Below, in pieces: positions 13,015-24,307 of a stretch of DNA of 41,494 nt. Location: the NCBI GenBank assembly GCA_963733375.1, contig CAVTDB010000011.1:1-41494 (forward strand). Direction: 5' to 3'. This DNA comes from Nitrospirota bacterium. GTDB taxonomy: Bacteria > Nitrospirota > JACRHJ01. Position 1 is the first letter of the stretch, and the number at the start of each line of letters is the position of its first letter. A program made the position numbers and the translations under genes. Under the pieces are notes generated by a model. That model had not been told where the DNA came from. It ran no database searches and saw only the letters and a list, made by a program, of their open reading frames with translations.

Positions 13015-13975
13015 ATGCAGACTTCGATTAATGTAGGCGGACAGGCGGTACTCGAGGGCGTGATGATGCGCGCGCCCAGGACGATGACGGTGGCGGTCCG
13101 GGTGCCGTCGGGCGAGATAGTGCTGAAAAAAGACGCGCTGAAGCTTTTAGCGGATAAATGGAAGTTCCTGAAATGGCCGATCCTGCGGGGGACCGTCGCG
13201 CTTTTCTCTTCGCTCGCGCTGGGCATGAAGGCGCTTAACTTCTCCGCCAACTGCGCGATGGAGGAATTGAAGGCGGCGGACGGAGGCGAAAAGGGGAAGG
13301 CTGAAGAAAACGTTAAAGCCCATGAACGACCTGGCGGTGGGGGCGACGATGTTTTTGTCCCTGGGGCTGGGGCTGGCCCTTTTCTTTTACCTGCCGCTCT
13401 ACCTGACGCAGGCCATGAAGGACCTCATGCCGATAACCCAGGCGTCGTCTTTGATGTTCAACCTGGTGGACGGGGTGATACGCATTTCAATCTTCCTGCT
13501 GTACATATTCGCAATCTCCAGGATGAAGGACATAAAGCGGGTGTTCGAGTACCACGGCGCGGAGCACAAGGTAATTTACGCTTATGAGTCGGGCGAGCCG
13601 CTGACGGTGGATAACGCCAGGAAATATTCGACGCTGCACCCGCGCTGCGGGACGAGCTTCCTGCTCATCGTCATGGTGCTCTCTATCCTTGTATTTTCAT
13701 TCGTGCCGAGGTCGGCGCCGTTTTACATGAAAGCGCTCTCGCGGTTCGTCCTCATACCGCTTATCGCCGGGCTTTCATATGAGTTCATAAGGTTCTCGTC
13801 AAAGAAGAAGGACAACCCCATAATAAAGGCGGCGATCACGCCGGGGCTGTGGCTTCAGAGGCTGACGACCAGGGAGCCCTCGGACGACCAGATCGAGGTC
13901 GCGGTCCGGGCTTTAACAGAGGCAGTGGACGAAGAGAATAGAGGTTTGGGGGCGAAAAATTGTTTGGCAAGCTGA
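13015..13975 (+). CDS. DUF1385 family membrane protein, putative metal-dependent enzyme (frameshift near 13310)
   Basis: [43 protein letters not shown] motifs; typical position between rpmE and prfA. Confidence 0.9.
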
Positions 13976-15030
13976 GATCTGTAGTAGAAAAATACGAAAA
14001 GCTCCAGGGCCTCCTGTCCGACCCGAAGGTGTACGGAAACCAGCAGGAGATGATGAAGTACTCCAGGGAGCAGGCGGAGATATCCGGCGTGGTGGAGAAG
14101 TACCGCGAGTACCAGGATGTCGATAAAGCCATTGCCGAGGCCGAGGAGATAATAAACGACAAAAAAACCGACCAGGATTTCAAGGAGCTTGCCCAGGCCG
14201 AACTTGAAGACTTGAGGGAGAAGAAGGCTTTCCTTGAGCAGGACCTGAAACTGCTGCTTGTCCCTAAGGACCCTAACGACGAAAAGAACATCTTCCTTGA
14301 GATACGGGCGGGCACCGGCGGGGACGAGGCCGCGCTTTTCGGAGCCGACCTGTACCGAATGTACACGAAATACGCCGAGAAACGGCACTGGAAGGTGGAG
14401 GTGATATCCTCCAGTTTAACCGGCGGCGGCGGCCTGAAAGAGATAATCGCCATGATAAGCGGCAAGGCCGTTTACAGCAGGCTGAAGTACGAAAGCGGCG
14501 TGCACAGGGTCCAGCGGGTCCCGGATACGGAATCCTCCGGACGGATCCATACCTCCGCCGCGACCGTCGCCATACTCCCGGAGGCGGAGGAGGCGGACGT
14601 GCATATCGACCAGAAAGACCTCCGCATAGACGTCTTCTGCGCGTCAGGGCCGGGCGGCCAGTGCGTGAATACCACCTATTCTGCGGTCCGCATTACCCAC
14701 CTGCCGACGGGCCTTGTGGTCTCCTGCCAGGACGAGAGGAGCCAGATGAAGAACAAGGCCAAGGCAATGAAGGTGCTGCAGGCGCGGCTCGCCGAGAAGA
14801 TACGCGAGGAGCAGGACGCCGAACGCGCGGAAGACAGGAAGTCGCAGGTGGGCACCGGGGACAGGAGCGAGCGCATCAGGACCTACAACTTCCCGCAGAA
14901 CCGGCTGACCGACCACCGCATCGGGCTGACGCTCTACAAGCTGGAACAGGTCATGGAAGGCGACTTGGATGAGACCATCGACTCCCTGACCACCTATTAT
15001 AACGCCGAAAGACTGAAAGAATCTTGGTAG
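13960..15030 (+). CDS. prfA: Peptide chain release factor 1
   Basis: GGQ motif, RVQRVPDTE (PxT), RTYNFPQ. Confidence 0.97.
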   Translation: MFGKLRSVVEKYEKLQGLLSDPKVYGNQQEMMKYSREQAEISGVVEKYREYQDVDKAIAEAEEIINDKKTDQDFKELAQAELEDLREKKAFLEQDLKLLLVPKDPNDEKNIFLEIRAGTGGDEAALFGADLYRMYTKYAEKRHWKVEVISSSLTGGGGLKEIIAMISGKAVYSRLKYESGVHRVQRVPDTESSGRIHTSAATVAILPEAEEADVHIDQKDLRIDVFCASGPGGQCVNTTYSAVRITHLPTGLVVSCQDERSQMKNKAKAMKVLQARLAEKIREEQDAERAEDRKSQVGTGDRSERIRTYNFPQNRLTDHRIGLTLYKLEQVMEGDLDETIDSLTTYYNAERLKESW

Positions 15031-15911
15031 AAAAACGTACGGACGGACACGGTGAAGTCGCGGCGCTCATAATGCAGGCCGCTGCCGCGCTTGAGCATTC
15101 GGGCGTGGACAACGCCAACTTGGAGGCCGAGGCCCTGATGGCCGAGGCATTGGGGCTGCCTTCCCGCGCCGGAGTGTTAGCGAGGCTTAGGGAAGTGCCG
15201 GGCCCCGCAGCCAGGAGGAGGTTCATAAGCCTTGTCGCACGCCGGGCGAGGCGCGAGCCGCCGCAGTACATCCTGGGCCGGCAGGAATTCCTGGGCAGGT
15301 TTTTTGAGGTGAACCAGGCGGTGCTCATACCTAGGCCGGAGACGGAGCTTCTGGCGCGCGCGGGCGCCGATTCTTTAAAAGAAACAGGTTCTCCTTTAGC
15401 CGCGGACATCGGGACCGGCTCCGGCTGCATCGCGGTGACGCTCGCGCTTGAGGTCCCGGATGCATTCGTTTATGCCGTGGACTGCTCATGCCGCGCCCTG
15501 GAGACGGCGATGGAAAACGCGGAGAAATACGGGGCGTCCGGCCGTATGGAGTTTCTTTGGGGCGACCTTCTGGAGCCGCTCTCCGATAAGGGAATTATGG
15601 GGAAGCTCGACCTCGTGGTCTCGAACCCGCCCTATATCCCGACGGATGAAATCGGAACACTTCAGCCGGAAGTGCGGTTCGAGCCGGTAACGGCGCTGGA
15701 CGGCGGCCCGGACGGCCTTGCCGCGATAAAGCGCCTGGTCCACGAGGCGCCTTTTTATCTGCGGCGCGGCGGAAAGCTTATGATGGAGATAGGGTACGAC
15801 CAGGCCGGGGCAGTCCGGAAACTGGTCGAGAGCGAGCCGATGCTTTCATTTGAGAAATTTATCCTTGATTTCGCGGGCGTCGAGCGCATAATATCAGCGG
15901 TCAAACGCTAA
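15024..15911 (+). CDS. prmC: Release factor glutamine methyltransferase
   Basis: [21 protein letters not shown] motifs; follows prfA. Confidence 0.95.
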   Translation: MVEKRTDGHGEVAALIMQAAAALEHSGVDNANLEAEALMAEALGLPSRAGVLARLREVPGPAARRRFISLVARRARREPPQYILGRQEFLGRFFEVNQAVLIPRPETELLARAGADSLKETGSPLAADIGTGSGCIAVTLALEVPDAFVYAVDCSCRALETAMENAEKYGASGRMEFLWGDLLEPLSDKGIMGKLDLVVSNPPYIPTDEIGTLQPEVRFEPVTALDGGPDGLAAIKRLVHEAPFYLRRGGKLMMEIGYDQAGAVRKLVESEPMLSFEKFILDFAGVERIISAVKR

Positions 15912-16045
15912 AGACCGTTACTTTTCTTTCGGGTGAAAAGATTCATCTGTCCAGAGCGATAGCGAAGACAGAAAGAAAAGTAACGCAAAAGAAAGCCGGA
16001 CAGTTTAACCGTTTTTGGCTCCACCTTTTTCCGTAAAAAGGTGGA
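15909..16045. repeat. Triplex-type repeat locus 5 (pair; first unit carries a 32-bp insert at 15939-15970)
   Basis: taaagaccgttac-ttttctttc-gggt-gaaa[agattcatctgtccagagcgatagcgaagaca]gaaagaaaa-gtaacgc-aaaagaaag-ccgg ... ttttt-ggctccacc-ttttt-ccgt-aaaaa-ggtgga. Confidence 0.92.
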
Positions 16046-16063
16046 AAGGGTTTCAGAGGTGTT

Positions 16064-17314
16064 ATGCAGTCTATAGTAATAGAAGGCGGCAAGCGTTTAA
16101 GCGGCGAAGTTAAAATAAGCGGCGCGAAGAACTCCGCGCTCCCCATACTCTGCGCGACACTGCTCGCGCCGGGCGAGCACGTCATATCCAACGTGCCGGT
16201 ACTCCGGGACGTTACCACGATGGGTAAGCTCCTCGAGAACCTCGGGGCGAAGGTCGAACACGCCGACGGCGTCTTCCATCTGAACACCCGGAACCTGACA
16301 AACGACGAGGCGCCGTACGACCTGGTGAAGACCATGCGGGCGTCCGTCCTCGTGCTTGGGCCGCTGGTGGCAAGGCAGGGCAAGGCGAAGGTATCCCTAC
16401 CCGGCGGATGCGCGATAGGCGCCCGTCCGATAAACCTGCACCTGGCCGGCCTCCGCGAGATGGGGGCGGAGGTGGAGATAGAACACGGTTACGTGGTGGC
16501 CAGGGCCAAGCGCCTCAAAGGCGCCAGGATTTATCTGGATACCCCGACCGTGACCGGCACTGAAAACCTGATGATGGCCGCGACGCTTGCCGACGGCAAG
16601 ACGGTGCTGGAGAACGCGGCATGCGAGCCGGAAGTCACCGACCTGGCCGCCTGCCTTACGTCCATGGGCGCGAAGATAAGGGGCGCGGGCACGGACAGGA
16701 TTGAGATCGAAGGGGTGGAGGGGCTTTCGCCCGCGAAGTATTCCGTCATGCCGGACCGAATCGAGACCGGGACGTATCTCGCCGCCGGAGCTATAACCGG
16801 GGGAGAGGTGAAGTTAACGGGCTGTGCGCCCGCGCACTCGGCTGCCTTGCTCACGAAGCTTAGAGAGTGCGGCCTGGAAATCGAGAGCGGCGATGACTGG
16901 ATAAGGCTAAGGAATAACGGCAGGCCGCGCGCCGTGGACATAAAGACCCTGCCGTACCCGGGTTTTCCGACGGACATGCAGGCGCAGTTCATGGCGCTCA
17001 TGTGCGTTGCGGACGGGCTTTCCGTGATAACGGAGACGGTGTTCGAGAACCGGTTCATGCACATCGCGGAGATCCGGAGGATGGGCGCGGACATAAAGGT
17101 GCAGGGGAACGCGGCCGTGGTGCAGGGGGTGAAGAACCTGTTCGGGGCGCCGGTGATGGCGACGGACCTGCGGGCCAGCGCGTCGCTGGTAGTCGCGGCC
17201 CTTGCGGCGAAAGGCAGCTCGGAAATCTCGCGCGTGTATCACCTGGACCGCGGGTACGAGAACATGGAGCAGAAGCTCCAGGGTATCGGGGCGCGCATTA
17301 AAAGGGTAGGATAA
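16064..17314 (+). CDS. murA: UDP-N-acetylglucosamine 1-carboxyvinyltransferase
   Basis: [20 protein letters not shown] (active Cys), [17 protein letters not shown]. Confidence 0.97.
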   Translation: MQSIVIEGGKRLSGEVKISGAKNSALPILCATLLAPGEHVISNVPVLRDVTTMGKLLENLGAKVEHADGVFHLNTRNLTNDEAPYDLVKTMRASVLVLGPLVARQGKAKVSLPGGCAIGARPINLHLAGLREMGAEVEIEHGYVVARAKRLKGARIYLDTPTVTGTENLMMAATLADGKTVLENAACEPEVTDLAACLTSMGAKIRGAGTDRIEIEGVEGLSPAKYSVMPDRIETGTYLAAGAITGGEVKLTGCAPAHSAALLTKLRECGLEIESGDDWIRLRNNGRPRAVDIKTLPYPGFPTDMQAQFMALMCVADGLSVITETVFENRFMHIAEIRRMGADIKVQGNAAVVQGVKNLFGAPVMATDLRASASLVVAALAAKGSSEISRVYHLDRGYENMEQKLQGIGARIKRVG

Positions 17315-17416
17315 AGTCGTTACTTTTCTTTCGCGGTAAAAAAGGTAGCCCAAAGAATTTAAACGGGTCAGTTTAATTTTTGGGGCTTCCTTTTTACTAA
17401 AAAAAGTAGCGGTCTT
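17312..17416. repeat. Triplex-type repeat locus 6 (degenerate pair)
   Basis: taaagtcgttacttttctttcgcggtaaaaaaggtagcccaaagaa ... tttttggggcttcctttttactaaaaaaagtagcggtctt; same ends and layout with imperfect stems. Confidence 0.75.
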
Positions 17417-17426
17417 CGGGGCTCTG

Positions 17427-18715
17427 GTGAATTTTTTGAAGTACGGGCAGTCCGGGTTCGAGAAGTTCTTCGGGAAGATCGAAGGCCGCGCGGGAGAAGT
17501 GCCCGCGTCAGTCGAGAAGACTGTCCGGAAGATTATCAATGACGTCCGGAAATCCGGCGACGGCGCGCTCATATCATATACGGAGAAGTTCGACGGGGTA
17601 AAGCTCGTTCCAAAAAAAATCCGGGTAAGCGAAAAAGAGATAGAGAAGGCGTATGAGGACGTGCCGGAGGAGGACATTGACGCGCTCCGGCTTGCCGCCC
17701 GGCGTATTGCCGATTTCCACGAGCGGCAGAAGACGCAGTCATGGTTCGTGCAGGAAGATTCCGGCGCCATGCTCGGCCAGCGGGTCCTGCCTCTTGAATG
17801 CGTCGGGATATACGTGCCCGGCGGGAAGGCCTCTTACCCTTCGTCCGTATTGATGAACGCGGTCCCGGCGAAGGTCGCGGGCGTGCCGAAGGTGGTGATG
17901 TGCGTGCCCGCTCCGGGCGGGAAGCTTAGCTCCGCCGTGCTTGTCGCCGCGGACCTCGCGGGGGTGGACGAGATATACAAAGTCGGCGGGGCGCAGGCGG
18001 TCGCGGCGATGGCGTACGGGACAAAGACCATCCCCAGGGTCGATAAGATAGTCGGCCCCGGAAACATATACGTCGCCACGGCGAAGAGGTTAGTTTTCGG
18101 CGCGGTCGATATAGACATGGTCGCCGGGCCGTCGGAGATATTGGTGGTCGCGGACAAGACCGCGAACCCCGTTTTCGTCGCGGCCGATATGCTCTCTCAG
18201 GCGGAACACGACGAGATGGCGTCGGCCGTGCTGGTTACGGACTCGCCGGAGCTGGCGGACGCCGTGAAGCTGGAACTGGATACGCAGGTTAAAGAGCTTC
18301 CGCGCCGGAAGGTGGCGGAGAAGTCGCTTGCCGATTTCGGGGCGATAATCGTCGTGCGGGATTTGCTGGAGGCGGCGGAGATAGCTAACAGGATCGCGCC
18401 GGAGCACCTGGAGCTTTCCGTTGACAGGCCGATGGAGCTTCTGCCGAGACTAAAAAACGCGGGCGCGATATTCATGGGCCATTACACGCCGGAGGCCGTC
18501 GGAGATTATTGCGCGGGTCCGAACCACGTCCTTCCCACGGGCGGGACGGCCAGGTTTTTCTCGCCCGCTTTCCACGGACGATTTCGTGAAGAAGTCGAGC
18601 GTCCTGATGTATACGAAAGAGGCGCTGGAAGAACTTGCCCCCGCCGTGCTCCGGATAGCGAAGATGGAAGGGCTGGACGCGCACGCGCGCATGGTTGAGA
18701 AGAGACTGAAAGTAA
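17427..18715 (+). CDS. hisD: Histidinol dehydrogenase (frameshift near 18565; 3' end 18715 or 18765)
   Basis: GIYVPGG, DKIVGPGN, IDMVAGPSE, QAEHD, APEHLE, GPNHVLPT; after the shift LSTDDFVKKSS...EGLDAHA. Confidence 0.95.
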
Positions 18716-18818
18716 ACCGTACTTTTTTTTCGGGTGAAAGAGAAAGTAGCAAGAAAACGTATTAAAGTATTTAGCCCCGTTTTCTTTGGTCCTTTTCTTT
18801 TTCCAAAAGAAAGCCGGT
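18713..18818. repeat. Triplex-type repeat locus 7 (degenerate pair)
   Basis: taaaccgtacttttttttcgggtgaaagagaaagtagcaagaaaacg ... cgttttctttggtccttttctttttccaaaagaaagccgg. Confidence 0.8.
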
Positions 18819-18846
18819 AATATCTCTTGAAAGGAGTTTCACTCGA

Positions 18847-19718
18847 ATGGTCCTCCGCTTGGAATCCCGAAAGGGAGTTTGCAGGAGTCTACGCTTAAGA
18901 TTTTCCGGAAGGCCGGGTACAATATCACCGTCGGGAGCCGCTCGTATTATCCTTCCATAGACGACCCGGAGATAGAGTGCATGATGGTGCGCGCCCAGGA
19001 GATGCCGCGCTATGTCCAGGACGGGGTGCTCGACGCGGGTCTTACCGGTTACGACTGGATAATGGAGCAGGGCGCGAAGGTGGTGGAGGTCGCGGAGTTG
19101 AACTACGCGAAGGAGGGACTCCGTCCCGTGCGCTGGGTTATCGCGGTGCAGGAGGACTCGCCGATAAAGAAGATAAAAGACCTCGAGGGGAAGCGGATTT
19201 CAACCGAGCTTCTGGGATACACCAAGAAGTTCCTGAAGAAGCACGGCGTGACCGCGGACGTGGAGTTTTCCTGGGGCGCGACGGAGGTAAAACCGGGCGC
19301 GGGACTTGCCGACGCGATAGTGGACCTGACCGAGACGGGAAACTCCCTCCGGGCGAACAAGCTCCGTATAGTCGAGGTGATGCTTACCTCCACCACGCGC
19401 CTGATCGCGAATAAAGAGGCATGGAAAAACCCGGACATAAAGAAGAAGCTCGAAAATATGAACATCCTCCTGCAGGGCGCGATTGCGGCGGAGGAGAAGG
19501 TGGGCCTTAAAATGAACGCGCCTTGCAATAAGCTCGACAAGGTGACTTCAGTCCTGCCCGCCATGCACTCGCCCACCATCAGCCACCACGCGGACCCGGA
19601 CTGGGTAAGCCTGGAAGTAATCATCGACGAGAAGAAGGTGCGGGACCTTATCCCGGAGCTGAAGCGCGCGGGCGCGTCGGGCATAGTGGAATATCCGCTG
19701 AACAAGGTAATACCCTAA
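18847..19718 (+). CDS. hisG: ATP phosphoribosyltransferase, long form (frameshift in the first codons)
   Basis: MVLR(L)[11 protein letters not shown] from ATG 18847 with AAGGAG SD; [22 protein letters not shown]; C-terminal regulatory domain present. Confidence 0.95.
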
Positions 19719-19826
19719 ACCGTTCTTTTCTTTCGCGGGAAAGAAAAGAACCAAAAGAAAGCGGGACTTTAAAGTCCGGCTTTTCTTTGCTACTTTCTTT
19801 TCACCTGAAAAGAAAGTAGGAACTTA
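19716..19826. repeat. Triplex-type repeat locus 8 (pair)
   Basis: taaaccgttc-ttttctttc-gcgg-gaaagaaaa-gaacc-aaaagaaag-cgg, spacer ggactttaaagtcc, cttttcttt-gctac-tttcttttc-acct-gaaaagaaa-gtag. Confidence 0.95.
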
Positions 19827-19829
19827 AAT

Positions 19830-20888
19830 ATGGACATCAAGTCTTTAGTCAGAAAAGAAGTCGCGTCGCTTTCGGCGTATGAGCCGGAGGATTACTCCGG
19901 GGTGCGCATAAAGATAGACGCGATGGAGAACCCGTACCCGCTGCCCGAAGAGCTTCGGGAGGGCCTACTACATGCCCTGGCGGAAGTCTCCCTGAACCGT
20001 TATCCGGACCCCGAGGCGAAGCGGCTGAAAGGCGCGCTCGCAGGCTACCTGGGCGTGAATGCTGAGAGCCTCGTCCTGGGGAACGGCTCCGACGAGCTTA
20101 TCGCGATGATAACCCAGACATTCGGCGGCTCCCCCGGCTTAGTCGCATATCCCGTACCCACCTTCTCCATGTACGGCATCATCGCCCGCTCGATGGGGCA
20201 GGAGGTGATGGAGCTTCCCCTGACGGACGATTTTCAGATTGACTTCGACGGCTGGCTGAAGCTCTTTTCCGAGCGCCGTCCGAAGGTCATCTTCATCAGC
20301 TACCCGAACAACCCGACAGGTAATTTATTCGACCCCGACAAGATAAGGCGGCTGATAGAGGGCTGCTTTTCGATCGTCGTGGTGGACGAGGCATATTTCA
20401 GCTTTTCAGGCGAGAGTTTTATCGGTAAGATAAACGAGCTTCCGAACCTGGCGGTACTTCGCACACTCTCAAAAGTCGGCATGGCCGGGCTCCGGCTTGG
20501 CGTAATGGCGGCGGGCCGTGACATCGTGCGCGAGATGAACAAGGTCCGCCTGCCGTACAACATCAACTCCCTCTCCCAGGCGGCGGGGGAGTACCTGCTC
20601 ATGAACCGCGCGGCGGTAGATTTGCAGGTATCAAAAATTATCGCCGAGCGGGAGCGGCTTTTCTCGGCGCTGAATGAAATCGACGGCGTCACGGCCTGGC
20701 CGTCGAAAACGAATTTTATACTCTTCCGAGTCGCCGGAGCGTCACGGATACATAAAGAATTAAAGGCGCGCGGAATACTTGTGCGCAATATGGACGTGCC
20801 GGGTCCACTCAAGGACTGCCTGCGGGTGACAGTCGGGACTCCGGAAGAAAACGCGGAATTCTTAGTAAATATAAAAGAGATTTTATAG
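19830..20888 (+). CDS. hisC: Histidinol-phosphate aminotransferase
   Basis: NRYPDP, GNGSDE, PNNPTG, VDEAY, RTLSK..GLRLG. Confidence 0.96.
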   Translation: MDIKSLVRKEVASLSAYEPEDYSGVRIKIDAMENPYPLPEELREGLLHALAEVSLNRYPDPEAKRLKGALAGYLGVNAESLVLGNGSDELIAMITQTFGGSPGLVAYPVPTFSMYGIIARSMGQEVMELPLTDDFQIDFDGWLKLFSERRPKVIFISYPNNPTGNLFDPDKIRRLIEGCFSIVVVDEAYFSFSGESFIGKINELPNLAVLRTLSKVGMAGLRLGVMAAGRDIVREMNKVRLPYNINSLSQAAGEYLLMNRAAVDLQVSKIIAERERLFSALNEIDGVTAWPSKTNFILFRVAGASRIHKELKARGILVRNMDVPGPLKDCLRVTVGTPEENAEFLVNIKEIL

Positions 20889-20934
20889 TCCGGCTTTTCT
20901 TTGCTACTTTCTTTTCACCCGAAAAGAAAGTAGG
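20889..20934. repeat. Triplex-type repeat locus 9 (single unit, pyrimidine tail first)
   Basis: ccgg-cttttcttt-gctac-tttcttttc-accc-gaaaagaaa-gtag. Confidence 0.92.
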
Positions 20935-20953
20935 TGACCTTTAAGGAGGCTCT

Positions 20954-21542
20954 ATGGCCCGCAGGGCAAGGGTGGAGAGAAACACGACGGAGACGCAGAT
21001 AAAGCTCTCCCTCAGTCTTGATGGAACAGGTAAGTACAAGGTCGATAGCATCGGTCCCGTTCCTGGACCACATGCTCTCGCTCATGTCCCGGCACGGGCG
21101 CTTCGACCTGACCGTCCAGGCGAAGGGCGACACGCGCGTGGACTACCACCATACGGTGGAGGACGTGGGGATAGTCCTGGGCCAGGCGTTCAAGCAGGCA
21201 CTGGGCGACATGAAGGGCATCGGGCGCTACGGACTGGCGAAAGTGCCGATGGACGAGACGCTCGCGGAGGCGGTGGTGGACATCTCCGGCAGGCCGGGAC
21301 TCGTGTATAACGTGAAGCTCCCGAAGGGCAAGGTCGGGGATTTCGACGTGGAGCTGGCGTACGATTTCTTCAAGGCGCTCACGGACCATGCGGCGATTAC
21401 CCTGCACATAAACGTCCCTTACGGGATGAACCTGCACCATATTATCGAGGCTATTTTTAAGGCGTTCGGCAGGGCGATGGATAATGCCACGGCGCTCGAC
21501 GCGAAGACTAAGGGAATACCGTCAACAAAGGGCAAAATCTAG
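20954..21542 (+). CDS. hisB: Imidazoleglycerol-phosphate dehydratase (frameshift near 21045)
   Basis: [43 protein letters not shown]. Confidence 0.96.
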
Positions 21543-21647
21543 AAACCGTTACTTTCTTTTCGGGTGAAAAGAAAGTAACACCAAAGAAAAGCCGGGGGTT
21601 AAAACCGGTTTTCTTTGGTTACTTTCTTTTTTCCAAAAGAAAGTAAC
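21540..21647. repeat. Triplex-type repeat locus 10 (pair)
   Basis: tagaaaccgttac-tttcttttc-gggt-gaaaagaaa-gtaacacc-aaagaaaag-ccgg ... ccgg-ttttcttt-ggttac-tttctttt-ttcc-aaaagaaa-gtaac. Confidence 0.95.
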
Positions 21648-21666
21648 AAAGGGTTAAGGTTATAAC

Positions 21667-22293
21667 ATGATCGCTGTAATAGATTACGGAATGGGGAACC
21701 TCAGGAGCGTGCAGAAGGGGTTCGAGCGTGTCGGGCACGAGGCGGTGGTGACGTCCGACAAGGCAAAAATTCTGGACGCGGACAAAGTAGTCCTGCCGGG
21801 CGTCGGCGCGTTCGCGGACTGCATGAGGAACCTGGACCAGCTTGGGCTGGTCGATACGGTGAGGAAGGTGATCGACTCCGGCAGGCCGTTCATGGGGATA
21901 TGCCTTGGGCTCCAGCTGCTGTTCGAGGAGGGCGAGGAGTTCGGGATCCACGAAGGCCTGGGGGTGCTGAAGGGCAGGGTGGTGCGGTTCCCGGCGGAAG
22001 TGCCCGGCAATACGGAGCAGTTATATAAAATCCCGCACATGGGTTGGAACAGGATAAAAATAAAAAGGCTTCCCCCATACCTGAAGGATATCGCCGACGG
22101 CGGGTACTTCTATTTTGTCCATTCATATTACGTGGTGCCGCAGGATATGGGCATCGCGGCGACTACCACCGAATACGGCGTGGAGTTCGTATCCAGCGTC
22201 TGGAAAGACAATATATTCGCCACCCAGTTTCATCCGGAAAAGAGCCAGGAACTGGGGCTTAAGATACTGAAGGCATTCGGAGAGAGTAAATGA
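21667..22293 (+). CDS. hisH: Imidazole glycerol phosphate synthase glutaminase subunit
   Basis: DYGMGNL, PGVGAF, GICLGLQ, YFVHSY, QFHPEKS. Confidence 0.97.
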   Translation: MIAVIDYGMGNLRSVQKGFERVGHEAVVTSDKAKILDADKVVLPGVGAFADCMRNLDQLGLVDTVRKVIDSGRPFMGICLGLQLLFEEGEEFGIHEGLGVLKGRVVRFPAEVPGNTEQLYKIPHMGWNRIKIKRLPPYLKDIADGGYFYFVHSYYVVPQDMGIAATTTEYGVEFVSSVWKDNIFATQFHPEKSQELGLKILKAFGESK

Positions 22294-23015
22294 TAGTAAT
22301 ACCCGCGATAGATTTAAAGGAAGGCAAATGCGTCCGGCTCCTCCAGGGGCGGATGGAGGACGCGACGGTGTACTCGGAGGACCCGGGAGGTACAAGCGGC
22401 GCATTTTGAGTCGCTGGGCGCGGAGCTGATACACGTAGTCGACCTGGACGGCGCGTTCGCGGGCGAATCCAAAAACCTCTCATCCATAAAGAAAATTTTA
22501 TCCGCCGTTAAAGTCCCCATAGAGGTGGGCGGCGGCATCCGCAACATGGAAACGATCGACTCTCTCCTGGGGCTTGGCGTGAGCCGGGTGGTGCTGGGCA
22601 CGGCCGCGCTGGAGGTGCCGGGGCTTTTAATTCTGGCATGCAAGAAGTATCCGGGCAGGATAGTCGCCGGAATAGACGCAAAAGACGGCAAAGTGGCCGT
22701 GCGCGGCTGGGGCGAGGTGTCGAGCGTGACGGTGGACGAGCTGGCTAAGCGGATGGAGGACGCAGGCGTGCGGGCGATAATCTACACGGACATCAGCCGC
22801 GACGGGATGATGACCGGCCATAATATCGAGGCTACAAAGCGCCTTGCGGGGCAGGTATCGACGCCGATTATCGCGTCCGGCGGCGTCAAGGATATAAGCG
22901 ACATAAAAGCGTTGATGGAGATAGAGGCCCTCGGCGTGGAAGGCGTAATCACCGGCAAGGCGGTATATTCCGGAGAGCTGAACTTAAAGAAGCAATTCAG
23001 ATAACGAAGAGCTAA
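22290..23015 (+). CDS. hisA: ProFAR isomerase HisA (frameshifts near 22390 and 22990)
   Basis: [43 protein letters not shown]; corrected end EAIQITKS* at 23013-23015. Confidence 0.93.
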
Positions 23016-23152
23016 ACCGTTACTTTCTTTTCTGTCTTCGCTATCGCTCTGGACAGGTAAATCATCTCGGGTGAAAAGAAAGTAACACAAAGAAAAGCCG
23101 GGTTAAAAACCGTCCAAAAGTTTTTGGCGCTACCTTTTTACAAAAAGGTAGC
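23013..23152. repeat. Triplex-type repeat locus 11 (pair; first unit carries the locus-5 insert in reverse orientation at 23033-23068)
   Basis: taaaccgttac-tttcttttc[tgtcttcgctatcgctctggacaggtaaatcatctc]gggt-gaaaagaaa-gtaacac-aaagaaaag-ccgg ... ttttt-ggcgctacc-ttttt-ac-aaaaa-ggtagc. Confidence 0.92.
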
Positions 23153-23171
23153 AAAGGTTTAAGGGGTGTCG

Positions 23172-24041
23172 ATGTTAGCAAGAAGAATAATTCCCTGTCT
23201 GGACGTAAAAGGCGGGCGCGTGGTAAAGGGCGTGAGCTTCGTGAACTTAAGGGACGCGGGCGACCCGGTGGAGGTCGCGAAGGCGTACGACGAGCAGGGC
23301 GCGGACGAGTTGACGTTCCTTGATATAACCGCCTCGCACGAGCAGCGCGGGATAATAATCGACGTGGTGCGAAGGACCTCGGAGCAGGTCTTCATGCCGC
23401 TCACCGTCGGCGGCGGGATAAAGAGCATAGAGGATATCAGGGAGCTGCTCAAGGCCGGATGCGATAAAGTGTCCATCAACACCTCCGCGGTCTATGACCC
23501 CCGGTTCATCAAGGCCGCGGCGGAGCGGTTCGGGAGCCAGTGCATAGTCGTGGCGATCGACGCGAAGAGGACCACGCCCGTGACGGACGCCGAGCGCGCG
23601 AAACAGATAGAGGAAATCAGCAAGAAACTGCACTGGGCGAACGACCCGGACTTCAAGACCCTGTTCTTCCAGGGAGTCAACAAAGACGGCCTGCACTGGG
23701 AGGTCTTCACCCACGGGGGCAGGACGCCGCAGTATATCGACGCGGTCGCATGGGCGGCGAAGATGGAGGAGCTTGGCGCGGGCGAGATACTGCTCACGTC
23801 GATGGACCAGGACGGGCAGAAGACGGGCTACGACATCGAACTGACGCGCGCGGTATCCGAGGCGGTCAACATCCCGGTAATCGCATCCGGCGGCGTTGGG
23901 AACCTTGAGCATATCTACGACGGCCTGACCGCCGGGCGCGCGGACGCGGCTCTCGCGGCCTCCATATTCCATTACAAGGAATATACTATCAAGGAGGCGA
24001 AAGAATACCTGCGCGATAAAGGCGTGCCGGTGAGATTATAA
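23172..24041 (+). CDS. hisF: Imidazole glycerol phosphate synthase cyclase subunit
   Basis: [45 protein letters not shown]. Confidence 0.97.
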   Translation: MLARRIIPCLDVKGGRVVKGVSFVNLRDAGDPVEVAKAYDEQGADELTFLDITASHEQRGIIIDVVRRTSEQVFMPLTVGGGIKSIEDIRELLKAGCDKVSINTSAVYDPRFIKAAAERFGSQCIVVAIDAKRTTPVTDAERAKQIEEISKKLHWANDPDFKTLFFQGVNKDGLHWEVFTHGGRTPQYIDAVAWAAKMEELGAGEILLTSMDQDGQKTGYDIELTRAVSEAVNIPVIASGGVGNLEHIYDGLTAGRADAALAASIFHYKEYTIKEAKEYLRDKGVPVRL

Positions 24042-24044
24042 CTT

Positions 24045-24085
24045 CGCTACCTTTCTTGAAAGAAAGGGTAGCGCCAAAGAACTTT
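24045..24085. repeat. Triplex-type repeat locus 12 (single short unit)
   Basis: gctacc-tttct-tgaa-agaaa-gggtagc-gcc-aaaga; tail AAAGA mirrors arm AGAAA. Confidence 0.8.
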
Positions 24086-24307
24086 ATGACGAAAAGCGAA
24101 CTGGAAATAGAACTGAAGAGGCTGAAAGACGAGCTTGAGGACCTGGAAGACGCTATAGCCTTCAACCTGATGAACACCTCCGCGCATATTCCGGGCGGAC
24201 ACGTGCGCAAGGACGAAGAGCTGCTGGAAGAACTTAAAGGAAAAATTGCCGAGATTGAAAAGAAGTTGAACAAATCAAACGGCAACCCCTTGCCGGGAGG
24301 TTCCTGA
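24086..24307 (+). CDS. Small hypothetical coiled-coil protein
   Basis: [61 protein letters not shown]..; heptad pattern; stop overlaps the next ATG (TGATG). Confidence 0.7.
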   Translation: MTKSELEIELKRLKDELEDLEDAIAFNLMNTSAHIPGGHVRKDEELLEELKGKIAEIEKKLNKSNGNPLPGGS

